In this document: positions 54,814 to 64,000 of the stretch, one piece after another
Layout: every line of letters starts with the position of its first letter
Position numbering within the stretch: the first letter of the stretch is position 1
NCBI GenBank assembly: GCA_951406725.2
Contig: OX597827.1
Coordinates: 29,574,001 to 29,638,000 of the forward strand
Length of the DNA stretch: 64,000 bases
Source of the DNA: Octopus vulgaris
Lineage: Eukaryota
Direction of reading: 5' to 3'
Notes under the pieces: generated by a model
The model's input: the letters and a program-made list of their open reading frames with translations, nothing else
What the model was told of the DNA's origin: nothing
The model's database searches: none
Made by a program: the position numbers and the translations under genes

Positions 54814-54852
54814 TGAATCCTTCGCCTCATGTTTTTATTTTTATTTTGATCA

Positions 54853-54902
<50 letters not shown>

Positions 54903-55270
54903 ATGTGTGTGTGTATATATATATATATATATGTATATGTGTATGTGTATATATATGTGTGTATATATGTATGTATATATATATATTATATATATATATA
55001 TATTATATATATTAATAATTAATTAATTTTACCCTCAATTGTTGAAATTATAATTAATCTCCCTCTAATTAATGCTTCGGATTTTACCGAAATAAGCAGA
55101 GTGTTTGTTGATTTTAACCCACGCTGGTGGAAAGGGGAGAGCAGAAATTCTTCGCTTGCATGTTTGAGTTTGTTGGCACTGTTAGTTACGAGCAGATCTT
55201 CGAAAGCGATGAGAGGCCGAAGGAGTATGCTCTCACTTTCAGTGTTTTCAAATCCAAACCAAGGAGTTTC

Positions 55271-55322
55271 TGAGCTGATGATAGAAGTGTCTTGATGACT
55301 AATCTTGAAACGTACGTTCTCA
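55271..55322 (+). ncRNA. Type I hammerhead
   Basis: tgag-CTGATGA-tagaagt..actaatctt-GAAA-cgtacg-TT-ctca. Confidence 0.82.
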
Positions 55323-55831
55323 AATAACCTTTGCATTTGATTTTTTTATGTCTTTACCCCCAAACTTTCGTGAGTTGAGTTGACCAAACACTATACGAGA
55401 GAGATTTTCTTTAAGTATTAGAAATGGTTTTTAAAAAAGTTTTTTAGCTGCTATTTCTAATGAGTTCAGTATGCGGCAAAGTAATTTATTTTACTAAGCC
55501 CTTTTATATATTGTAATAATTTGAATTCGCCTTAAATGGTCCCTTTGCATACTGAACACTTGGTGAAATTAATTAATAATTAATTAATTTTACCCTCAAT
55601 TGTTGAAATTATAATTAATCTCCCTCTAATTAATGCTTCGGATTTTACCGAAATAAGCAGAGTGTTTGTTGATTTTAACCCACGCTGGTGGAAAGGGGAG
55701 AGCAGAAATTCTTCGCTTGCATGTTTGAGTTTGTTGGCACTGTTAGTTACGAGCAGATCTTCGAAAGCGATGAGAGGCCGAAGGAGTATGCTCTCACTTT
55801 CAGTGTTTTCAAATCCAAACCAAGGAGTTTC

Positions 55832-55883
55832 TGAGCTGATGATAGAAGTGTCTTGATGACTAATCTTGAAACGTACGTTCTCA
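55832..55883 (+). ncRNA. Type I hammerhead (second tandem copy)
   Basis: Identical to 55271-55322. Confidence 0.82.
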
Positions 55884-56841
55884 AATAACCTTTGCATTTG
55901 ATTTTTTTATGTCTTTACCCCCAAACTTTCGTGAGTTGAGTTGACCAAACACTATACGAGAGAGATTTTCTTTAAGTATTAGAAATGGTTTTTAAAAAAG
56001 TTTTTTAGCTGCTATTTCTAATGAGTTCAGTATGCGGCAAAGTAATTTATTTTACTAAGCCCTTTTATATATTGTAATAATTTGAATTCGCCTTAAATGG
56101 TCCCTTTGCATACTGAACACTTGGTGAAATTAATTAATAATTAATTAATTTTACCCTCAATTGTTGAAATTATATATATATATATATATATATATCTATG
56201 TGTGTAAGTTTATATGTATGTATCCGTCTATATAATAGGTAACTGCACGTACATATACTTAATATTTATTATTTATCTTTTGAGTATGCATGTATGAATA
56301 ACTGCGCGTATATATATTTTACTATTTACTTATTTTTTGAGTATGCATGTAAGTATGAATATAAGGAGGCGCGTGTGTGTGTGTGTATGTGTAAGCATAG
56401 ATATATGTATACTTTTACGCATGGGTGTACTTATGTGTATATATGGATGCGCGCGCGTGTGTGTGTGTGTGTGTATGGGTACGCATGTACATGTGTATGT
56501 GCGTGTATGAGTATATGAGTATGTATGTATGTGTGTGCGTATATTTGTATATGTATGTATGTATATGTATGTGTGTGTATGAATATATGTGTATATATGT
56601 ATATGTATATATATATATATAGATATATATATATATATGCGCGTATATATATGTATGTATGTGGGTGTGTGTATGTGTATAAATGTATGTATGTATGGAT
56701 GTATGGATGTATGTATGTATGTATACGTATGTATGTGTATGTGTGTATATGTATGTATGTGTATGTGTGTATATATATGTATATGTGTGTGTATGCGTAT
56801 GTGTGTGTATGTGTGTGTGTATATGTATGCGTATATATATG

Positions 56842-56886
<45 letters not shown>

Positions 56887-57147
56887 ATTTGTATGTAGGT
56901 GTATATGTATGTGTGTGTATTTATATTTATTGGTGTATATATATATAGACTAGCCTTCTAAGAGTGTAGACATGAATCTGTAGGTACGCGTACGTATGTG
57001 TATATACGTGAATGTATGTAGATGTATGTATGTATGAATATAACGCGTGCGTGCGTGTATGTGTATGAGTGTACGAATGAGTGAGTGTACGTGCTAAAGA
57101 GTGTGCGTGAGTGAATGAGTGCTTGTTTTCCAGTAGACAGATAAATG

Positions 57148-58012
57148 GACTGGCTGTCATAGCCAAGATGTTTGTGACCAAGCGGCCAAAGATAACAAAA
57201 GTAATAAACGAAGATAATAAAATTAAAATTAGGGAATGGGTCTGTATTTGTATGTGCATATATATGTGTGTGTGTGTAGGTATGCATAGGTACACATATG
57301 TATATATATGTATATATATATATACATGTATGTATATGTATGTGTGTGTGTGTGTATATGTGTGTGTATGTGTATATAGGGACTAGTGTGCTGTGTGTGC
57401 ATGTGTGTGTGTGGATATGTGTGTGTATGCGTGTATGTGAGTATGTGTGTGTATGTGTATATATATTTTTCTGTGCGTATATGTATGTGTGGTCGTGTGT
57501 GTATATATACATGTGTGTATACGTGTATGCATGTGAGTGTGTGTATGTATACATATATGTGTATGTGTAGATATGTATATGTATGTGTAAGTGTATATAT
57601 ATGTATATATATATATGTGTGTGTATGTATGTGTGTATGTATATGTATATATGTTTGTATGTGTGTGTATGTATGTATACATGTGTGCATAGGTATAAGT
57701 GAGAATCTCCTTATTTACCTAAAACTCTATTCCCCTTTTTTATATATAGATTTTTTATTTTTTTATTTATTTTTATTTTATTATTTTATTTTTTTATTTT
57801 TTTATTTATTCTTCTATCTAATTTAACACTGACTCCTTGACCACTCCCCCAAGTATGATATTTTGCGCTATGCCTACCCCCAAAAAGTCCCCCACCAACA
57901 CCCCTTTAAACCTGCCTAAATGTATAAATGCCTATACAATTCTTGTTAACTAGCTTCCTGAAGATTTCTCTTGAATGAAACAGTTCTAGTCCTGTAGAAG
58001 CTCCTTCTATAT

Positions 58013-58017
<5 letters not shown>
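57148..58017 (+). mobile_element. PLE pLTR/3' UTR, right arm of large inverted repeat
   Basis: Reverse complement of 50202-51069. Confidence 0.82.
57952..58002 (+). ncRNA. Type I hammerhead with true helix III
   Basis: agcttc-CTGAAGA-tttc tctt gaat-GAAA-cag ttctagtc ctg-TA-gaagct. Confidence 0.82.
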
Positions 58018-58051
<34 letters not shown>

Positions 58052-58079
58052 CATATATATATATATATACATACAGGGG

Positions 58080-59095
58080 GAGAAAGAAAGGGGAGAAGAG
58101 GAGGGGGAGGGGGAGGGGAGAATGAAGGGGAGGAGAAGAGGAGGGGAGGGGAGGAGGGAGGATAGAGGGAGAGGGGGAGAGAGAGAGAAGGGGAGTGAGG
58201 GAGCAGAGGGAAGGGGGAGAGAGAGAGAAGGGGAGTGAGGGAGCAGAGGGAAGGGGAAGAGGGAAGAAGGAGGGAGGGAGAAAGAGGGAAGAAGGGAAGA
58301 GGAGTAGGGGTGAAAGGATGAAGGACTGAAGAGAAGTAGGGGTCGGGGGAGGTTAGATGAGGAAGGGGGAGAGTTGAGACCAAATGGCATATAAGAGCGA
58401 AGAGAGAAGATTAATTCCTGTTCACGACGCAAACGGGAATCCGGATGGCCTCTGTGTAAAGACAAACCGAACACAGACAGGTGTTGCAAGGAGTGACTGG
58501 TGGAGCGGAAATGGCGTGAGACCGGTGTGTCGTTCGCAAGGTGGATGTCACAAAGGTGTTCCGCGAACCGGTCAGCCAAGCGGCGTCCCGTTTGTCCGAT
58601 GTACAGGGAATGGCAGAGAGAGCAAGAGACGCAATAGATAATATTGCTGGAGGTGCAGGTGAAGGAGTTGATGATGCGAAAGGGTCGATGATGGGTGCCA
58701 GTGAGGAGGGTGGTGTTGGAGAGGTAAGGGCAAGTGCGGCAACGTGGGCGGGAGCAGGGGAACGAGCCAGGTTGGGAGGTAGGGTTAGGGAAGGAGCTAT
58801 GGACCAAAAGGTCTCGAAGGTTATGGGCTCGTTTGAATGAGGGGAGGGGTCGGTTAGGGAAGAGGTGTGAAGTGGACGGGTCGGACTGGAGATGACGGAA
58901 AGCTCGAAGAATGGTGCGTTGGAGAGGTAGAGTCGTGGGGTGGTAAGTGAGGGGAAAAGGGAGGCGGGAGACTACAGGGCGGGTTCGGGGAGAGAGAGCA
59001 GATACACGGTCCACGGAACGTGCTCTGGCAAGGGCGGTGTGGATAGTGGTGAGGGGGTATCCACGTAGGATGAAGTGGTGAGCCATACGTTGAGA
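58080..59095 (-). mobile_element. Neptune-like PLE 3' fragment (GIY-YIG)
   Basis: RGYP, CSRPRCRTC, FTCTSSNIIYCVSCSLC..YIGQTGR..RFAEH, PFGLN. Confidence 0.88.
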
Positions 59096-59139
<44 letters not shown>

Positions 59140-59350
59140 TCGCCAGAATTTTGGAAAAATCCTTCGCATTCGTTCCTCTCTAGAACTTGTCAAATACAAT
59201 TTTGTGACTGTACAAGCAGCTTGTTCATATGTATAAAACAGATGTTTGGGGGTGTTTTGTTTAGAGGAGAACATTGTTTTTGCTTTTCCGGGTGAGGTTC
59301 CAAGACAATGGAGATGGATAGGTAGAAATATAGGTAGGTAGGTAGGTAGG

Positions 59351-59469
<119 letters not shown>

Positions 59470-59620
59470 ATCTAATATCACTTTCACCCCAATATGAGCA
59501 ATAGTAGGAGCGAATCGAAGTGTGACACATTGACAGAAAGGAATTAGTTTCCGCATTTATTATATTATATTATATTATATTATATTATATTATATCATAT
59601 TATATTATATTATATTACTT

Positions 59621-59679
<59 letters not shown>

Positions 59680-59685
<6 letters not shown>

Positions 59686-59850
59686 ATCCAAACATGAAAA
59701 CACAACAATGCAAGGACGTGGAACAAGTATAGTGTTATTGGACGCTCAGGAAAGGTAAGAAAGAAGGAGGACTTAACGTTTCGAGAAACATAGGTAAAGG
59801 AAATATCCAAGGAAGGGAAGACGGAGGAAAAAAATCGCCAGCGATACACA
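59680..59850 (-). mobile_element. Solo pLTR (34438 family, HHR partly deleted)
   Basis: Similarity to 42610-42790. Confidence 0.68.
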
Positions 59851-59954
59851 AGCGACATACATATATATATATAGTTGAAATTTATGGAAAAACAAAAGAC
59901 GAAAGCAAGTGTATAAACGACAAGCAAGTGAGTTAGGTTGACTCCCTCTTTAAT

Positions 59955-60305
59955 CCTTTACTTGTTTCAATCATTTGACAGTGGTCATGTTGAAACACCG
60001 CTTTTACTCGAGCAAATTGACCCCAGCCTAGTGCTTATCCTATCGGCTCCTTTTACGGGGACGTAAACACACCAGCATCGGTTGTCAAGCGATGCTGGTG
60101 GGACAAACACAGACACACAAACATACACACACACACACATATATATATATACATATATACGACGGGCTTCTTACAGTTTCCGTCTACGAAATCCACTCAC
60201 AAGGCTTTGGTCGACCCGAGACAATAGTAGAAGACTGAAGTGGGACTGAACCCGGAAGCATGTGGTTGGTAAGCAAACTACTTACCTCACAGCCACTTCT
60301 ACGCT
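59955..60305 (-). mobile_element. tRNA-derived SINE (26231 family)
   Basis: Sequence similarity to 40405-40812. Confidence 0.82.
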
Positions 60306-60394
60306 CCGGAAAAATTTAAGTTTCATCCCACGCTCTTCGACAGAAACGAATAAGAGAAAATAAACAGAGAGAGAATAATATATAACAGCGGTAT

Positions 60395-60445
<51 letters not shown>

Positions 60446-60564
60446 TATATACATACATACATATATATACACATATATATACATACATATATATATTCAC
60501 ATACATAGATACGTACATATATATATACACATAAATATACATACATATATATATATACACATAC

Positions 60565-60622
<58 letters not shown>

Positions 60623-60733
60623 TTATATGAAACATTTACTAGGGAAAGGTTGACAATGATTTATAAGAGAGATGTACATAAACATATGTATGTGTACTAC
60701 GCATATCTGAGTGTGTGTGCATATATGCATGTA

Positions 60734-60774
<41 letters not shown>

Positions 60775-60781
<7 letters not shown>

Positions 60782-60980
60782 GGGAAGGTTTACAAAATTA
60801 AACAAAAGACGAAGGCAGGTGGAGTACATACAAACAATTGTATTAGTATGGCGCTCAGGAATAGAAATAAAACAAGTCTTTTACGTTTCTAGCCTACGCT
60901 CTTCGACTGAAAGATACACAGAAAAGAAACAAGAAAAGAAAAAAATGCGTGTAGGAGCTAACGGTCCAGCATGGCGATAT
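60775..60980 (-). mobile_element. Solo pLTR family 2, HHR-like motif at 60877-60914
   Basis: tcttt-CAGTCGA-a-gagc gtag gcta-GAAA-cg-TA-aaaga. Confidence 0.65.
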
Positions 60981-61425
60981 ATATAAATTTATATGTAAAT
61001 TTATATAATTAGAAAACAATATAAATAAAGTGTTAAAATCTGAATGTTAAGGTAGCAAACAATTATATATATAAAAAAAAAGATAATGCAAATGAAGCTA
61101 AAATGATAATTTTATAATGTAAGGTTTATTAACATCCTATCTTACAAAAAAATGATAATCCCAATTGAAGAGCATAAAATCCACAGATTTTTCTCCCCTC
61201 ACTCACAGGAACTGGATAACTCCTACCCCATTTCCTGTTTTGACATTCATTTAACAAACATCCTAAATTAAACACCACATGGATTTAATAACACGGATCT
61301 TAATCCTCCAAGGTATCGGTGTACCTATTTTTTAATTCTTGCATATGTTTATTATTTTTTTGCAAAAAAAATGTAATTTTCTTTTTTCCCCCCTCAATTA
61401 TAAAAAAAATTTCTTTTCACCTTAC

Positions 61426-61467
61426 AATTCTTGAAAAGTCACATTGCGACGAAAACCAGTTTGAATT
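61426..61467 (+). ncRNA. Type I hammerhead, U3-A8 variant
   Basis: aattc-TTGAAAA-gtc acattgc gac-GAAA-accagt-TT-gaatt. Confidence 0.7.
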
Positions 61468-61644
61468 AATATATATATATTAAAATTTTAAAATTTTTTT
61501 TTAATTTTCCATATACCCATTTTCATTAAAATTTACCTTCATTCTGCCTTTTTATAAATTTTCCTTGCCTATCATTTCTCCACGTGCGGACAACACAACC
61601 CCACCATTTATTGATTTATATATATATATCTATATATATATATA

Positions 61645-61942
61645 CTAGAAGTATCGCCCGGCGTTGCGCGGGTTTGTAAGGGAAATAACTATATAGGCAT
61701 TTGTAGAGAGTTACTTCCCTTTTATATAATAGCAAAAAATGCATTAAAAATGGGAAAAATTATGGTAATTTTTTTAAAAATCGTAGACTCATCGTAGACG
61801 CGCGCTAATACCCAGAAGGACTTGATATGAATCACGACTATAAGATACCTGCTTTTGGTTAAACTGCACCGCAAAATGTGGGAGTAGTTAGGAATCTAAA
61901 TCGTAGGAGACAGACACACAACTTCACTTTTATATATAAAGA
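61645..61942 (-). mobile_element. Non-autonomous Helitron
   Basis: Minus strand starts TC, ends cccgcgcaacgccggg..CTAG; same 3' end as 5007-5392. Confidence 0.82.
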
Positions 61943-61994
61943 TATATATATATATATATCCATACACACACACACACATATACATATACATATA

Positions 61995-62040
<46 letters not shown>

Positions 62041-62270
62041 TAGATATAGATATATATATAAATATATATATATTCTATCTTATCTCTTGTCAAAGAAAAT
62101 ATTTCACCAGCGTTCGCTATTTTACCCTCATTCTGGTCTAACGAACCTCCATGTTTGTTTTCGTTCGGTTTCCTTGTATGTCTCCATTGTTGTCTTTTTG
62201 TTCCCAACTTTAACCATCCATAAATCCCAAATTTTATTGTAGTATCTATGAGTGTAACTCTCTTCGAAGA

Positions 62271-62333
62271 CTCATATTGTCGTTCAATGCTCGAAATGAG
62301 GAGCAGACAGAGAGCCGACAACTGATGAAGGGT
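62271..62333 (+). ncRNA. Candidate non-circularly permuted hammerhead
   Basis: CTCA-TA-TTGTCG / ttcaat-GCTC-GAAA-TGAG / 15 nt / CGACAA-CTGATGA-a-GGGT. Confidence 0.7.
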
Positions 62334-63029
62334 TTTTCTTTATGTTACTTGACATATTTTCCGTTTGTTTCTCTCGTTGTTTGCGTACTGCAATCATTTG
62401 TTGTCATATTTCATGTTGTTTACTGTTTGTAACGACCTGTTCGCATATATGCATGTGTATGTATATATATACATATGGGTGTGTGTGTGTATTATTTGTA
62501 TATGTTTATATATATATACATACATACACACATGCATACACACATATATACATATATACATATGCGTAGCGGATATATATTAATCATTCCATTCTCTCTC
62601 TCACTCTCTTTCTCTCTCTATCTCTCTCACTCTTCCGCTTTCTCTCTATCTCTCTCTCTTCCGGGACTTGAGAGACAAATAAGAAGACAAAACACAAAAT
62701 AAGAATGAAAAAAACAAACAAAAGAACCGTTACTCGAAATGAAGCGGAACTAGAAGTACTTGAACGAAAGTATTTATGCTGACTCCAAACGGCACTTCAT
62801 CTATTTGTCCTATCATTGCATTGGGTGACTTAACAATACGCGACATCTACCAGCGTTTGTAGGCCGATTGTGATACATTTTATTCTCTGTACAGGTAAGC
62901 CGTTATGTTTCCTTATTTATTGCTTATGTTATCGTATCCTGTAATGGTTTTGGACCTTAATGTTTACTATTCTTTTAATTAGATTATTTTTTCTTTCATT
63001 GCTTTTTCATCGTGTGTAAATATGTCTAT

Positions 63030-63101
<72 letters not shown>

Positions 63102-63200
63102 TGCGGTTATAAGAGGTAATGGTGTCATTGAGACCCAAAGGTGTCAGGTAAAGCTGGATAAGTGCTATAGACAAACCATAATTAACTATCCTCTCACACC

Positions 63201-63252
63201 GTCTCTGATGAAGGGTTATAATTAATAAATATCCTGGAAACAGCTGTAAGAC
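63201..63252 (+). ncRNA. Type I hammerhead
   Basis: gtct-CTGATGA-agggt..atcct g-GAAA-cagctg-TA-agac. Confidence 0.82.
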
Positions 63253-63412
63253 CTTCTAACTATAAATGTTCTAATATCTACACAGCCTTAGTTTTTTATC
63301 TCATTACGCAAACGTTCTTATATACATATATATATATATGTATGTATGTATATGCATACATACATACATACATCCATACATACATACATCCATCCATACA
63401 TACATACATACA

Positions 63413-63443
<31 letters not shown>

Positions 63444-63482
63444 TTGCATACATACATACATACATATATATATATAGATATT

Positions 63483-63670
63483 GGCTCTATATTTAAGAGA
63501 TCAGGAATTATGTACATTTTACATTTGACGGAGATTTGTCCTCATCTTTTTTGTTGTTAACACAACGTTCCGGCTGATGAAGGCTGGAGGGTATATCAGC
63601 CGAAACGTTGTGTTAACAACAAACAAGATGAGGACAAATATCCGTCAAATGTAAATAATGTAAATAATGA
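63483..63670. mobile_element. Fold-back pLTR of the 26650 PLE family, HHR core at 63574-63613
   Basis: Arms 63483-63578 / 63594-63670; matches 27117-27225. Confidence 0.8.
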
Positions 63671-63686
63671 AAATAATATAGATATA

Positions 63687-63926
63687 TTGGGTTGGTGCAT
63701 AATAATTATTGCGGTTTTTTTTCAACGAATTTTATCCAACAAAACAATAAAACATCTTTAAATGATTGTTCCGGAGCATATTCACCATTTCCTTCAATTA
63801 CTGCTTCCCATTTGCTTGGCAAACGGTCAGACTGTCATTTAAAGATGTTTTTGATAAATATTGTTATTGGCTTTGTTGAATAAAATTCGATGAAAAAAAG
63901 GTCGCAATAATTATGCACAAACCCAT
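63687..63926. mobile_element. Mariner MITE
   Basis: TIRs ttgggttggtgcataataattattgcg / cgcaataattatgcacaaaccca; minus-strand RLPSKWEAVIEGNGEY. Confidence 0.82.
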
Positions 63927-64000
63927 TACATATAGATATAGATATACAAACAAACACGTTTAATTTTCAATGCCGGGATAAAGATTATTGAGTACCATGG

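Larger units (their letters stand above)
51735..54850 (+). mobile_element. Naiad-like PLE, 5'-truncated, with inverted partial pLTR
   Basis: 51735-51823 is inverted relative to 54596-54684; ORF; HHR at 54736. Confidence 0.87.
55011..56172 (+). repeat. 2 x 561-bp near-identical tandem repeat, one hammerhead per unit (retrozyme-like)
   Basis: Identical ORFs offset by 561 (55019/55580); HHRs at 55271 and 55832. Confidence 0.9.

Noticed and set aside
55019-55336. 105-aa minus-strand ORF in the 561-bp unit
   Set aside because: No recognisable motif; duplicated only because the unit is duplicated
62674-62809. Helix I (gacaaata/tatttgtc) and helix III (tgaag/cttca) with GAAA and UC
   Set aside because: Core reads AGAAGA and no helix II forms; may be chance or heavily decayed

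Overview
AT-rich, repeat-saturated eukaryotic DNA. The SINE types and very dense (TA)n/(AAT)n/(TAGA)n microsatellites suggest an octopus or other cephalopod (inference). No host protein-coding gene can be supported. The window holds three R4/Dong-type REL non-LTR retrotransposons joined by (AAT)n, a near full-length CR1/L2-group LINE, other CR1 and RTE fragments, Penelope-like elements (PLEs) of three kinds (Poseidon-, Neptune- and Naiad-like), hAT/mariner MITEs, two non-autonomous Helitrons and many tRNA-derived SINEs. The main hidden layer is RNA. By eye I count about 25-30 hammerhead-ribozyme (HHR) motifs, intact or decayed, in PLE pseudo-LTRs. These include (i) two complete and one partial motif whose three strands appear in a non-circularly permuted (swapped, pseudoknotted) order with conserved spacing but different helix sequences, (ii) three unrelated families with the compensatory U3-A8 core, and (iii) a 561-bp tandem repeat with one HHR per unit (retrozyme-like). 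All folds were derived by hand and none is tested. TE boundaries are approximate.
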